A DNA stretch of 64,000 bases, from NCBI GenBank assembly GCA_963789955.1, contig CAWBMV010000001.1, positions 160,001 to 224,000 on the forward strand, in the 5' to 3' direction. The stretch is from an uncultured Candidatus Rokubacteria bacterium. Lineage in GTDB: Bacteria; Methylomirabilota; Methylomirabilia; Rokubacteriales; CSP1-6. The position numbers were made by a program, and so were the translations under genes. The notes under the pieces are model-generated. The model did not search any database and was not told the DNA's origin. It was given only the letters and a program-made list of their open reading frames with translations. Positions 39,109 through 49,983 of the stretch are shown here, piece after piece (position 1 is the first letter of the stretch; the number at the start of each line of letters is the position of its first letter).

Positions 39109-40908
39109 CTAGAAGCGACGACGACCGCGGAGAGCCCGTTTGCGGAGACGGAGAGACTTGGGCGTGACCTCGAGCAGCTCGTCCTCGCGAATCCACTCCA
39201 GGCACTGCTCCAGGTTCATGACCCGCGGCGGCGTGATCTTCGCGGCGTCGTCGGCCGTCGACGCGCGCATGTTCGTGAGCTTCTTTTCCTTGGTGATGTT
39301 CACGTCCATGTCGCTGTCGCGCGCGTTCTCGCCGACGATCATGCCCTCGTAGACCTCGAGGCCGGGCGAGATGAACATGACGCCGCGCGCCTGGAGGTTG
39401 TCGATCGCGTAGGCGGTCGCGCGCCCCCCGCGGTCGGCGACCAGGGCGCCGCTCTGGCGGTGGGCGATGTCGCCCTGCCAGCCGTCCCAGCCGTCGAACA
39501 GATGATTGAGGAGCCCGGTGCCGCGCGTATCGGTGAGGAACTCGGTGCGATAGCCGATCAGGCCGCGGGCCGGAATCCGGTACTCGAGCCGCACGCGGCC
39601 CGTGCCGTGATTCACCATCTTGGCCATCGCGCCGCGGCGCGGTCCGATCTTCTGGGTGACCGCGCCGATGTGCTCCTCGGGAATGTCGATGACGAGGTAC
39701 TCCATCGGCTCGAGCGTCTGGCCGGCCTCGGTCCGCGTGATGATCGTCGGCTTGCCGACCTCGAGCTCGTAGCCTTCGCGCCGCATCATCTCGATCAGGA
39801 TCGCGAGCTGGAGCTCCCCGCGCCCCGACACCCGAAACGTATCGGGCGAGTCGGTCTCCTCGACGCGGATGCCGACGTTGACCCGCCGCTCCCGCATGAG
39901 ACGGTCGCGCAGCTGGGGCGAGGTGACGAAGCGCCCCTCCTTGCCCGCCATCGGCGACACGTTCGCCGAGAACAGCATCGAGACCGTCGGCTCGTCGATG
40001 CGGATGAGCGGCAGCGCCTGGGGCGACTCGGCGTCGGCGACCGTCTCGCCGATCTCGATCGAGTCGATGCCGGCGATCGCGACCAGATCGCCCGCGCGCG
40101 CCTCGTCGATCTCGATGCGCTTGAGCCCCTCGTAGCCGTAGAGGACGGTGACCTTCGCGAGCTCGACGGCGCCGCCCCGATGCACGACGGCGACCTTCTC
40201 GGCCTGGCGGACCTTGCCGTTGAAGATGCGGCCGATCACGAGCCGGCCGACGTAGTCGTCCCAATCGAGCATCGCCCCGCGGAACTGGAGGCCCACGGCA
40301 GGGTCGAAGCGGGGCGCCGGGACCGTCGACAGGATCGCCTCGAAGAGCGGTTCGAGCGAAAGCCCGGGCTCGGTCAGCTTGAGGGTGGCCGTGCCCGTCC
40401 GGGCGTTGGTATAGAGCACGGGAAACTCGAGCTGGTCTTCCGTCGCCTCGAGGTCGATGAACAGGTCGTAGATCTCGTCGAGCACCTCGGCCGCCCGCGC
40501 GTCGCTCCGATCGATCTTGTTGATGACGACGATCGGCGGCAGGCTCGCCTCGAGCGCCTTTTTCAGAACGAAGCGCGTCTGGGGCAGCGGGCCCTCGGCG
40601 GCGTCGACCAGGAGCAGCACGCCGTCCACGAGGGTCAAGGTCCGCTCGACCTCGGAGCCGAAATCGGCGTGGCCCGGGGTGTCGACGATGTTGATGTGGA
40701 CACCCTTGTAGGCAATGGCCGTGTTCTTGGCCATGATCGTGATGCCCTTTTCGCGCTCGAGGTCGATCGAGTCCATGATGCGCTCGGGTACCGACTCGTT
40801 CTGGCGAAAGAGGCCCGATTGCCAGAGCATCGCGTCGACCAGGGTGGTCTTGCCGTGGTCGACGTGAGCGATGATCGCGATGTTTCGAACGTCTTCTCGC
40901 TGCTGCAT
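39109..40908 (-). CDS. typA: Translational GTPase TypA/BipA
   Basis: [58 protein letters not shown]. Confidence 0.96.
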   Translation of the reverse strand: MQQREDVRNIAIIAHVDHGKTTLVDAMLWQSGLFRQNESVPERIMDSIDLEREKGITIMAKNTAIAYKGVHINIVDTPGHADFGSEVERTLTLVDGVLLLVDAAEGPLPQTRFVLKKALEASLPPIVVINKIDRSDARAAEVLDEIYDLFIDLEATEDQLEFPVLYTNARTGTATLKLTEPGLSLEPLFEAILSTVPAPRFDPAVGLQFRGAMLDWDDYVGRLVIGRIFNGKVRQAEKVAVVHRGGAVELAKVTVLYGYEGLKRIEIDEARAGDLVAIAGIDSIEIGETVADAESPQALPLIRIDEPTVSMLFSANVSPMAGKEGRFVTSPQLRDRLMRERRVNVGIRVEETDSPDTFRVSGRGELQLAILIEMMRREGYELEVGKPTIITRTEAGQTLEPMEYLVIDIPEEHIGAVTQKIGPRRGAMAKMVNHGTGRVRLEYRIPARGLIGYRTEFLTDTRGTGLLNHLFDGWDGWQGDIAHRQSGALVADRGGRATAYAIDNLQARGVMFISPGLEVYEGMIVGENARDSDMDVNITKEKKLTNMRASTADDAAKITPPRVMNLEQCLEWIREDELLEVTPKSLRLRKRALRGRRRF

Positions 40909-41058
40909 CGGTCCATCGTATCACGGCGGAACCACGACCCCGGCCGTCCGAGCATGTATAATGACGCTCTCGAACATGATTTTGAGGTGCGCCTCGACCG
41001 GCGGGGCTTCGGCCCCCGCGATGGCCTCAGCGCACGCCGCCGTCGGAGGTCGTCCCTC

Positions 41059-41592
41059 ATGAATCGTCTGCTCGTCCTCGCGGTGACCCTCCTGGTCGTT
41101 GCCCCGGCGTTCGCCCAGGACAAGCCGGCCGCCAAGTCACCGACCGCGGTGATCACCCTCGAGAAGGGCGGCCAGATCACGCTCGAGTTCTTCCCCGCCG
41201 ACGCGCCGAAGCACGTCGAGAACTTTCTCAAGCTCGCGCGGGCGGGGTTCTACGACGGTCAGCGGTTCCATCGCGTCGTGCCGGGATTCGTCGTCCAGCT
41301 CGGTGACCCGCAGTCGAAGACGCTCCCGATGGATCACCCGGACATGGGCACCGGGGGACCGGGTTACACGATCAACGCGGAGTTCAACAAGCGGAAGTTC
41401 GAGCGCGGCATGCTCGGGATGGCGCGCAAGAACGATCCCAACTCGGCGGGCAGCCAGTTCTACATCATGCTCGGGCCCGCCGACCACCTGAACGGGCAGT
41501 ACACCGCCTTCGGACGAGTCGTCAGCGGCATGGAGGTCGTCGACACCATCAAGGTGGGCGATCGCGTGAAGTCGATCAAAGTCAGCTCCTGA
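41059..41592 (+). CDS. Cyclophilin-type peptidyl-prolyl isomerase, exported
   Basis: Signal peptide MNRLLVLAV...AFA; FHRVVPGFVVQ.GDP, MAR, SAGSQFYI, HLNGQYTAFG. Confidence 0.9.
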   Translation: MNRLLVLAVTLLVVAPAFAQDKPAAKSPTAVITLEKGGQITLEFFPADAPKHVENFLKLARAGFYDGQRFHRVVPGFVVQLGDPQSKTLPMDHPDMGTGGPGYTINAEFNKRKFERGMLGMARKNDPNSAGSQFYIMLGPADHLNGQYTAFGRVVSGMEVVDTIKVGDRVKSIKVSS

Positions 41593-41608
41593 TCAGAAAG
41601 GAAACCTC

Positions 41609-42043
41609 GTGAAGCAGACCGGTGTCATCACGCTCGAGAAGGGCGGCGAGATTCGGCTCGAATTCTTCCCGGAAGACGCGCCGAAGACCGTCGAGAACTT
41701 CGTCACGCTCGCCAAGAAGGGCTTCTACAACGGACTCAACTTCCACCGGGTCGTTCCCGACTTCGTGGTGCAGGGCGGCTGCCCGAAGGGCAACGGCACC
41801 GGCGGGCCGGGCTACACCGTCAAGGCGGAGTTCAACAAGCAGAAGCACGTGCGTGGGACCCTGGCGATGGCGCGCAGTCAGGACCCCGACTCGGCGGGGA
41901 GCCAGTTCTACATCTGCTACGGGAACACGCCGCACCTCGACGGCCAGTACACCGTCTTCGGCAAGGTCGTGTCCGGCATGGAGCTCGTCGACCGCATCAA
42001 GCAGGGCGACAAGATGACGTCGGTCACGATCGCGGAAGAGTAG
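41609..42043 (+). CDS. Cyclophilin-type peptidyl-prolyl isomerase, cytoplasmic
   Basis: FHRVVPDFVVQGG, MAR, SAGSQFYI, HLDGQYTVFG. Confidence 0.92.
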   Translation: MKQTGVITLEKGGEIRLEFFPEDAPKTVENFVTLAKKGFYNGLNFHRVVPDFVVQGGCPKGNGTGGPGYTVKAEFNKQKHVRGTLAMARSQDPDSAGSQFYICYGNTPHLDGQYTVFGKVVSGMELVDRIKQGDKMTSVTIAEE

Positions 42044-42046
42044 CCG

Positions 42047-43646
42047 TTGGCCTGGTCGCTCCTCATTCGTAACGGCTCCGTCATCGACGGGAGCGGCGCG
42101 CCCGCGCGCCCCGCCGACGTCGCGCTCGACGGCGATCGGATCGCCGCGATCGGTCCCCGCCTGGCCGGCGAGGCCACCCGGGTGATCGACGCCGCCGGCC
42201 ACGTGGTGGCGCCGGGCTTCATCGACATGCACTCGCACTCCGACCTCTTCTATTTCGCCTGCCCGTCGGCGGAATCCAAGGTGCGCCAGGGCGTGACGAC
42301 CGAGGTCGTCGGGATGTGCTCCTTCTCGCAGGCCCCGCTCCGGAGCCGACCAGCGCGAGATCGTCCGGGGCTGGGCGGGCGGCATCGGCGCGAGCCTCGA
42401 TTTCCGCTGGGAGTCGTTCGCGCAATATCTCGACGCCCTGCGCGCGATCCGCCCCTCGGTCAACATCGCGCACTTCGTCGGCCACGGCGCGCTCCGCATC
42501 GCGGCGATGGGGTTCGAGGCGCGGCCGGCCGGCGCCGACGATCTCCGCGGCATGCAGCGGCTGCTCGGCGAGGCGATGGACGCCGGTGCCTTCGGCTTCT
42601 CCACGGGCCTCGTCTACGCGCCGAGCGCCTACTCCGACACCGCCGAGCTGATCGCCCTGGCCAAGGCCATGGCGCCGCGCGGCGGGTACTACTTCTCGCA
42701 CATCCGTGGCGAGTCCTCGATGCTGCTCGACTCGATCAACGAGGCGATCCGCATCGGCGAAGAGGCGGGGGTCGGCGTGCAGGTCTCGCACGTGAAGGCC
42801 TCCGGCCGCGAGAACTGGCCGAAGATCGACGCCGCGTTGCGGCTCTTCGAGTCGGCCCGGGCGCGCGGCGTCGACGCGTTCGGCGACGTCTATCCGTACA
42901 ACGCCGGCAGCACCAAGCTCGACAACATGATGCCGGCGTGGGCCCACGACGGCGGTCTCGCGAAGCTGCTCGAGCGGCTGGCCGACCGCGCGACGCGGCG
43001 CCGCATCGTCGAGGAATGCCTCATCGACGGCGAGCGCTGGGGCACCGTCTCGCAGGGCGGCATCGGCTTCGATCAGGTCTTCATCGCCACCTGCCGGCGG
43101 CGCGAGCTCGAGGGGCTGAACCTCGCCCAGATCGCGCGGCAGTCCGGGATGGCGCCGGCCGAGACCTTGATGAACCTGCTGCTCGAGGAGAAGTGCACCG
43201 TCGGCATGGTGAGCTTCTCGCAGAGCATCGAGAACGTCGCCAAGGTGCTGGCGCATCCTCTCCTGATGATCGGCTCCGACTCGATCCCGCTCTACTCGGG
43301 AGACGGGGATCGCCCGGGCAAGCCGCATCCGCGCACCTACGGCACGTTCCCGCGCGTGCTCGGCGAATACGCGCGCGAGCAGAAGCTGTTCCCGCTGGAG
43401 ACGGCCGTCCACAAGATGACCGGGATGTGCGCGGCGCGACTGCGCCTGCGCGATCGGGGCCTCGTGCGCGAGGGATACGCCGGCGATCTGACGATCTTCG
43501 ATCCTCACGTCGTGCGTGACGAGTCGACGTTCGCCGAACCGCACCGCTATCCGATCGGCATCCCCTACGTCGTCGTCAACGGCGCGGTTGTCGTCGACGG
43601 CGGACGCATGAACCCGCTCGGCACGGGGCGCGTCCTCACGCCGTGA
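42047..43646 (+). CDS. N-acyl-D-amino-acid deacylase (frameshift near 42345)
   Basis: APGFIDMHSHSD, QGVTTEVVGMC; then FSTGLVYAP, SHIR, SHVK, GSD, HPRTYGTFPR. Confidence 0.87.
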
Positions 43647-45259
43647 CGCGGGCTGACCGGCGCGCGCTGCTCTGGGTCGTCGGGGGCGCCGCGGTGATGG
43701 TCGGGGTCGATCTGGGGCGCCGCATCCTCACGACCAACGACGAGGCGCGGTTCCCGCTCCTGGCGCAGGACATCCTCACGCGCGGTGACTGGCTCTTCCC
43801 GGTCCTGAACGGCACCGTCTACCACAACAAGCCGATCCTCCTGGCCTGGCTCATCACCCTGGTGTCGTGGCCGGTCGGCCACGTGACGCAGTTCACCGCC
43901 GTGATTCCGTCGGCGGCGGCGGCCTTCGCGACGGCGCTCCTGATCTTCGGCCTCGGTCGCGAGATGTTCGGATCCTCGGCGGGCAAGTACGCGGCGCTGA
44001 TCGCCGTCACCACGCAGGGCGCCTTCATGCACGGCCGCATTCCGATGCCCGACATGCTGATGACGGCGTTCATGACCGCGAGCCTCTGGATGCTCTGGCG
44101 GATGGCGCGCGGCGCGCCGCGCGCCTGGATCGGCTTCTACCTGTTCGTCGGCCTCGCGTTCTGGGCCAAGGGTCCGGGGGGCTTCCTGCCGCTCATCATC
44201 GCGGCGGCCTGGGCGGTGTTCGGCCGAAGCGCCGCGTCGTGGCGCGCGCTCAAGCTGCCGCTCGGCGTGCCGCTGCTCGTCGCGATCGTCGCGCCCTGGC
44301 CGATCTTCCGACTCTTCCGCCACTCCGAAGGCCTGCGCCAGGCCGTCGTTCAGAACCAGATCCTCTGGTATCTGCCTCAGGACCTGCGCGCCGGAATGGT
44401 GGCGGAGCCCATCCAGAACGCCTTCGGGATTCTCTTCCCGTGGGTGTTCCTCCTCCCGATCGTGCTCGTCGAGGCGGTCCGGCTCCTGCGGCGTCGCGGC
44501 CCGGAGCGCGACGCGCTCCTCCTGCTGATCGTGGCCTCGGCGACGATGTTCGTCGTGATCGCGGCATCGCAGCAGCAGCGCTTCCGCTATTACCTGCCGC
44601 TCGTGCCGCCGGTCTCGCTGCTGATCGGCTGGTGGGCCGACAGCGTGCTCAGCCGGCGCCTGGCGCTGAGGGTCCCGTGGCGGGTCTGCGCCGCGGTCGG
44701 CGCCCTGCTCGCGGCGGCCGGTGTGGCCGGCGCGTTCTCCAGACGCAACGCGCTCAACGAGGTCGCGATGGTCTGGCCGGCGTACCTCGCCCAGGCGATC
44801 GTGCTCGTGGCGACGATCGCGGCGGTCGCCGCGGTGCTGAGCTGGAGCGCGCGCGACCGACGCCTGCCGCGCGCGTTCGCGGCCGCCTGGGTCGGCTGCG
44901 CCGTGCTCGTCGTCGCCAGCTACCACTGGGAGCTCGAGCGCCGGAACGCGGCGTACGACTACGCCGGCCTCCACAAGCGGATGGAGCCGCTCCTGCGCGA
45001 GTCGCCGGTGGTCGCGACCCTGGGATTGGCCGACATGCCGCTCTCGTTCTATCTGCGCCGGACGGTCGTGCCGGCCGGCACCGCGCGCAATCTCCGCGAG
45101 GTCGTGGGCGGCGACGCACCGGCCGTCGCCATCGTCACCGACCGCGCGCTCATATCCCCGGAAGACAGCGACGGCTTCACGGTCCTCCTGCGCGATCGTC
45201 TCGCGCTGCGGCCGATCATGGTCGTCGCGTATCGCAGCACCCCACCAACTCGTCGCTAG
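43643..45259 (+). CDS. GT-C glycosyltransferase (ArnT/PMT-like)
   Basis: DEARF, NKPIL, PDML, AKGP, RYYLP; many TM segments. Confidence 0.83.
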   Translation: MTRADRRALLWVVGGAAVMVGVDLGRRILTTNDEARFPLLAQDILTRGDWLFPVLNGTVYHNKPILLAWLITLVSWPVGHVTQFTAVIPSAAAAFATALLIFGLGREMFGSSAGKYAALIAVTTQGAFMHGRIPMPDMLMTAFMTASLWMLWRMARGAPRAWIGFYLFVGLAFWAKGPGGFLPLIIAAAWAVFGRSAASWRALKLPLGVPLLVAIVAPWPIFRLFRHSEGLRQAVVQNQILWYLPQDLRAGMVAEPIQNAFGILFPWVFLLPIVLVEAVRLLRRRGPERDALLLLIVASATMFVVIAASQQQRFRYYLPLVPPVSLLIGWWADSVLSRRLALRVPWRVCAAVGALLAAAGVAGAFSRRNALNEVAMVWPAYLAQAIVLVATIAAVAAVLSWSARDRRLPRAFAAAWVGCAVLVVASYHWELERRNAAYDYAGLHKRMEPLLRESPVVATLGLADMPLSFYLRRTVVPAGTARNLREVVGGDAPAVAIVTDRALISPEDSDGFTVLLRDRLALRPIMVVAYRSTPPTRR

Positions 45260-45277
45260 CAACCGAGGAGTCACGCC

Positions 45278-46723
45278 ATGAATTCCGGACAGCTTTTCAT
45301 CGCGGGCGGCTGGCGCGCGCCGGCCTCCGGCTCGACCTACGACACGATCAATCCGGCGACGGAGGAGCCGAGCGCCCAGGTCGGACGCGGCGACGAGCGC
45401 GACGTCGACCTCGCCGTCGCGGCGGCGCGCAAGGCGTTCGACTCGGGACCGTGGCCGCGGATGAGCGCCGCCGAGCGCGGGCGAATCGTGTGGAAGCTCG
45501 GCGATCTGATCATGCAGAACCTCGACGAGATGGCGAAGCTGGAGAGCCTCAACACCGGCAAGACGCTCTTCGACTCCGGCAAGGTCGAGATCCCGTTCGC
45601 GGCGGAGGTCTTCCGCTACTACGCGGGCTGGGCCACCAAGATCCACGGCGAGACGCTCGGCCTGCGCGAGAACGCGTTCACGTTCACCTTGCGCCAGCCC
45701 CTCGGCGTGATCGGCGCGATCGTGCCGTGGAACTTTCCGTTCCTGCTCTCGTCGTGGAAGATCGCGCCGGCGCTGGCCGCGGGCAACACGGTCGTGCTCA
45801 AGCCCGCGTCCCTGACGCCGCTCACCGCGCTCAAGTTCGCCGAGCTCACCCAGGAGGCGGGATTGCCCGAGGGCGTCTTCAACGTCGTGACCGGCCCCGG
45901 CGGTAAGGTCGGCATGGCCATGGTGCAAGACCCGCGCGTCGACAAGATCGCCTTCACGGGCTCGACCGAGGTGGGCAAGGGGATCATGCGCGAGGCCGCC
46001 GCGACCCTGAAGCGCATCTCGCTCGAGCTCGGCGGCAAGTCGCCGAACATCGTCTTCGCCGACGCCGACATGGAGGCGGCGGTGAAGGGCGCGCTCACCG
46101 GCATCTTCTACAACAAAGGCGAGGTCTGCGCCGCCGGCTCGCGCCTGTTCCTCGAGGACAAGATCCACGACGACTTCATGGGCAAGCTGACCGACCGGGT
46201 GAAGACGCTCAAGGTCGGCGACCCGATGGACAAGGCGACGCGCATGGGGCCCGTCGTCTCGAAGGCGCAGATGGAGACCGTGCTCGCCTACATCGACGCG
46301 GGCAAGAAGGAAGGCGCGCGGGTCGTCGCCGGCGGCGGCCGGGCCAACGTCGGCTCGGGCAAGGGCTACTTCGTCGAGCCCACCATCTTCGACGGCGTCA
46401 CCAACACGATGAAGATCGCCCGCGAGGAGATCTTCGGGCCGGTCCTGTCGGTGATCCCGTTCAAGTCGATCGACGAGGGGATCGCCCAGGGCAACTCGAC
46501 GACCTACGGTCTGGCCGCCGCGGTGTGGACGCGCGACGTCACCAAGGCGCTCAAGGCCGCGCGCGCGATTCGCGCGGGCACCGTCTGGGTCAACGCCTAC
46601 AACCTGTTCGACGCGGCGCTGCCGTTCGGCGGGTTCAAGGAATCTGGGTTCGGGCGCGAGCTCGGCTCGGCCGGTCTCGAGCACTACACCGAGACCAAGA
46701 CCGTCTGGGTCGATCTCTCGTAG
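45278..46723 (+). CDS. Aldehyde dehydrogenase
   Basis: PWNFP, FTGSTEVG, LELGGKSP, GEVCAAGSR, EEIFGPV, PFGGFKESG. Confidence 0.93.
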   Translation: MNSGQLFIAGGWRAPASGSTYDTINPATEEPSAQVGRGDERDVDLAVAAARKAFDSGPWPRMSAAERGRIVWKLGDLIMQNLDEMAKLESLNTGKTLFDSGKVEIPFAAEVFRYYAGWATKIHGETLGLRENAFTFTLRQPLGVIGAIVPWNFPFLLSSWKIAPALAAGNTVVLKPASLTPLTALKFAELTQEAGLPEGVFNVVTGPGGKVGMAMVQDPRVDKIAFTGSTEVGKGIMREAAATLKRISLELGGKSPNIVFADADMEAAVKGALTGIFYNKGEVCAAGSRLFLEDKIHDDFMGKLTDRVKTLKVGDPMDKATRMGPVVSKAQMETVLAYIDAGKKEGARVVAGGGRANVGSGKGYFVEPTIFDGVTNTMKIAREEIFGPVLSVIPFKSIDEGIAQGNSTTYGLAAAVWTRDVTKALKAARAIRAGTVWVNAYNLFDAALPFGGFKESGFGRELGSAGLEHYTETKTVWVDLS

Positions 46724-46761
46724 CGCGGGTCAGGAGGACTGGCGGGCAGAACGAGGTGACC

Positions 46762-47679
46762 ATGACTTCTGGATCCAGAGCGCTTCTCGGCGGCACACTC
46801 CTGACGTTCGTCGCGCTCACGGCTTCGGCGCTCGCCCAGCACGAAGGACACAGCCAGCACATGATCGGCACGCCGGGCGCGCCGTCACGGACAGTCACGA
46901 TGGAGCAGCTCCACCAGTCGGGCGGGGTGCCGCTCGGGTGGAAGTTCGCGCTGCCCGGGGGCGACGCGGCGAAGGGCCGGCAGGTCTTCGTGGACCTCGA
47001 GTGTTACAAGTGCCACGCGATCCAGGGCGAGACCTTCCCGGCGTCGGGCGGCGACGCGAAGAACGTCGGCCCGGAGCTGACGGGCATGGGCGGTCAGCAT
47101 CCGGCGGAGTATTTTGCCGAATCGATCCTGGCGCCGAACGCGGTGATCCTCGACGGTCCCGGCTACACGGGGCCGGACGGGAAGTCGGTCATGCCGAGCT
47201 ACGCGGACAGCCTGAGCGTCACGCAGCTCGTCGACCTGGTCGCGTTTCTCAAGGGCCTGACCAGCGGCGGGCACATGCACGAGGCCGCGCCGGCCGCCAA
47301 GACGGTCGACGACTACACGGTGCGACTCGACTATCGGGACGGCGGCGATCACTCCGGGCACGAGGGCCACGCGGGCCACACCGCCATGGCCGCGGGCCCC
47401 GGGCATCTGATGGTATTCGTCACCGACCGGATGACCGGCGAGCCGATTCCGTACCTTCCGGTGTCGGCGACGATCCGCGCGGCCGGTCAGCCCGCGCGCC
47501 GGGTGAACCTCGCGCCGATGGTCGGCGGCCAGGGCTTTCACTACGGCGCGAACGTGACATTGCCGGAGGGCGCGCACACGATCACCTTGACCTTCGGGCC
47601 GCTCGCGGTCCCGACGATGGCGTCGGCGAAAGGCCGCTTCGCGAAGCCGACGACCGTCGTTTTCGAGCGCGGGGCGTGA
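46762..47679 (+). CDS. Exported His-rich c-type cytochrome fused to a P19/Tp34-like metal-binding domain
   Basis: Signal peptide; CYKCH heme motif with distal MP; His-rich tracts; C-terminal IPYL...PMVGGQGFHYGANV. Confidence 0.72.
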   Translation: MTSGSRALLGGTLLTFVALTASALAQHEGHSQHMIGTPGAPSRTVTMEQLHQSGGVPLGWKFALPGGDAAKGRQVFVDLECYKCHAIQGETFPASGGDAKNVGPELTGMGGQHPAEYFAESILAPNAVILDGPGYTGPDGKSVMPSYADSLSVTQLVDLVAFLKGLTSGGHMHEAAPAAKTVDDYTVRLDYRDGGDHSGHEGHAGHTAMAAGPGHLMVFVTDRMTGEPIPYLPVSATIRAAGQPARRVNLAPMVGGQGFHYGANVTLPEGAHTITLTFGPLAVPTMASAKGRFAKPTTVVFERGA

Positions 47680-47684
47680 GGGAT

Positions 47685-47724
47685 TCGACCGAGACGCCGC
47701 GGAGTCCCGAGGCGTCCCGGTCGA
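47685..47724. terminator. Hairpin between convergent genes
   Basis: TCGACCG-A-GACGCC...GGCGTC-C-CGGTCGA; no U-tract. Confidence 0.4.
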
Positions 47725-47737
47725 TGAACGCCGCCGC

Positions 47738-48253
47738 TCAGCTGGCGGCCGACTTCGCCGCGGCGAGCGCCGCGTCGTAGTTCGGCTCGGACCCGATCTC
47801 CTTCACGTACTCGACGTGCTTCACCTTGCCGTCCTTGCCGACCACGAACACCGCGCGCGCGGTGAGTCCGGCGATCGGCCCGTCCTTGATCTCGACGCCG
47901 TAGGCGGGGCCGAAGGCGCGCTCGCGAAAATCGGAGAGCGTCTTGACGGCCGTCACTCCGGCGGCGCCGCACCAGCGCTTCTGCGCGAACGGCAGGTCGC
48001 GGCTGATCGTCCAGATCTCGACGCCTGAGCCGAGCTTCGCCGCTTCCTGGTTGAAGCGTCGGGTCTCGGTGTCGCAGGTCGGGGTGTCGAGCGATGGCAC
48101 GGAGCTCAGGATCACGACCTTGCCCTTCGCGTCGCTGAGCTTGACGGGCTTGAGCCCGTTGTCGAGGGCGGTGAAGTCCGGCGCGCTCTGCCCGGCTTTC
48201 ACTTCGGATCCGCCGAGCGTGATGGGGTTGCCTCGTAACGTAACGTCGGCCAT
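47738..48253 (-). CDS. tpx: Thiol peroxidase
   Basis: VPSLDTPTCD, SRDLPFAQKRWCG, RAVFV, EPNYD. Confidence 0.93.
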   Translation of the reverse strand: MADVTLRGNPITLGGSEVKAGQSAPDFTALDNGLKPVKLSDAKGKVVILSSVPSLDTPTCDTETRRFNQEAAKLGSGVEIWTISRDLPFAQKRWCGAAGVTAVKTLSDFRERAFGPAYGVEIKDGPIAGLTARAVFVVGKDGKVKHVEYVKEIGSEPNYDAALAAAKSAAS

Positions 48254-48294
48254 AGGTAATCCTCCCGGGGTGATTTTAGTACACTCGTCGAGCC

Positions 48295-48991
48295 ATGGAC
48301 CTCCTGTGGAGCGGCGCCCGCCAGGCGATCGGCTTGCTCGCCGGCGCCGACCGTGAGATCTGGGGGATTTTCTGGCTCTCGCTCCAGGTCTCGGGAACCG
48401 CGACCGTGATCTCGCTCGCCCTCGGCGTTCCGGCCGGCGCGGCGCTCGCGCTCGCGCGATTTCCCGGCCGCGGTCTCGTCGTGAGCGCGGTGAACACCGG
48501 CATGGGGCTGCCGCCGGTCGTGGTCGGGCTCTTCGTGACCTTGCTGCTGTGGCGCAGCGGCCCCTTCGGAGATCTCGAGATCCTCTATACGCCGGCCGCC
48601 ATCGTCGCCGCCCAGGCGGTCATCGCCGCGCCGATCGTGACCGGGATCACGCTCGCCGCCGTCGGTCAGGTGCCGCGAGAGTTCCGGCTGCAGCTCCTGG
48701 CGCTCGGCGCTTCGCGCATTCAGATGGTGCGGCTGGTCCTGCGCGAGGCGCGCCTGCCGATGCTCGCGGCCGTGATGGCGGGCTTCGGCGGCATCATCTC
48801 GGAGATCGGCGCCTCCATGATGGTGGGCGGCAACATCAAGGGACAGACGCGCACGCTTGACGACCGCGATGGTGCTCGAGACCGGCAAGGGGAACTTCGA
48901 GATCGCCATCGCGCTCGCGCTGCTGCTGCTCGTGCTGATCTTCCTCGTGAACTGGGCGCTGACCGCGATCCAGCAGCGCCACGCGCGCTGA
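48295..48991 (+). CDS. tupB: Tungstate ABC transporter permease (TupB-like); frameshift near 48858
   Basis: MGLPPVVVGL, ISEIGASMMVGGNIKGQTR, then (shifted) TTAMVLETGKGNFEIAIAL to TGA at 48991. Confidence 0.82.
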
Positions 48992-49045
48992 CCGCGGCGC
49001 CTCGGCGAATATGCGCCGTCGTGTCAATAGGTCGAGCCGTGCACT

Positions 49046-49074
49046 TTGAACATCCGGACGCACGCCGGTAAGAT
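49046..49074 (+). promoter_or_regulatory. Sigma70-type promoter upstream of modA
   Basis: TTGAAC, 17 bp spacer, TAAGAT. Confidence 0.55.
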
Positions 49075-49167
49075 CCGACGTCGTAACGGATCGTTCCGGC
49101 GCGCCGCCGCAGTCACGGGGCGGTCCCTTCGGCCCCACCATCGGCCGCGCTGAAAGGCTACGGACTC

Positions 49168-49944
49168 ATGTCGCGCACCTTGCGAATCGCTGTGCTCGTG
49201 GTGTTCGTCCTGTGCCTCCCTGCCGTGGCGCGGGCGCAGGAGATGACGTTCTCGGTGGCGATCAGCATGAAGGAGGCCGTCGAGACCCTCGGCCGTCAGT
49301 TCATGCAGGAGCATTCCGGTGTGACACTTCGCTATAACTTCGGCTCGTCGGGCCAGCTGCAGAAACAGATCGAAGCCGGCGCGCCGGTCGACGTCTTCAT
49401 CTCGGCCGCCCAGCGGCAGATGGACGAGCTCGAGCAGAAGGATCTCATCGACACCGCGACCCGGCGCGTGTTCGCGCGCAACGTCCTCACGGTGATCAAG
49501 CCGGCGGGCTCGACGCTCGACATCTCGAAGCCGGCCGACTTGGCCGGCTCGAAGGTGCAGCGGATCGTCATCGGCAATCCCAAGACCGTGCCGGTCGGTC
49601 AGTATGCCGAGGAGAGCCTGAAAAGGCTGGGGCTCTGGGATCGGCTTCAGCCGAAGCTGGTTCTCGCCGAGAACGTCCGGCAGGCGCTCGACTATGTCGT
49701 GCGCGGCGAGGTCGAGGCCGGTTTCGTCTACACGACGGACGTAGCAGTGCGCTCGGGCCAGGTCGTCGAAGCGTTTCGACCGGGGGAGGATACCTACCGG
49801 CCCGTGACGTATCCGGCGGCCGTGATCAAAGGCTCGAAGCAGCCCGGGCTCGCCAAGACGTTCGTCGATCTGCTCGTGAGCCCCGACGGACAAGCGGCGC
49901 TCTCGCGTCTCGGCTTTCAGCCTCCGCCGCCCGGCGTACGTTGA
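49168..49944 (+). CDS. modA: Molybdate ABC transporter substrate-binding protein
   Basis: Signal peptide; NFGSSGQLQKQIEAGAPVDVFISA, GNPKTVPVG, ENVRQAL, VYTTD. Confidence 0.9.
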   Translation: MSRTLRIAVLVVFVLCLPAVARAQEMTFSVAISMKEAVETLGRQFMQEHSGVTLRYNFGSSGQLQKQIEAGAPVDVFISAAQRQMDELEQKDLIDTATRRVFARNVLTVIKPAGSTLDISKPADLAGSKVQRIVIGNPKTVPVGQYAEESLKRLGLWDRLQPKLVLAENVRQALDYVVRGEVEAGFVYTTDVAVRSGQVVEAFRPGEDTYRPVTYPAAVIKGSKQPGLAKTFVDLLVSPDGQAALSRLGFQPPPPGVR

Positions 49945-49983
49945 CGGGCGATCGGCCCGGCCCGCACCACGGCGAAGCGCCCG

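Noticed and set aside
49075..49167. Moco/Tuco riboswitch or ModE box upstream of modA
   Set aside because: Only GAAAGG near the start resembles the motif; I could not find the conserved core or a ModE-type dyad. An Rfam scan would settle it.
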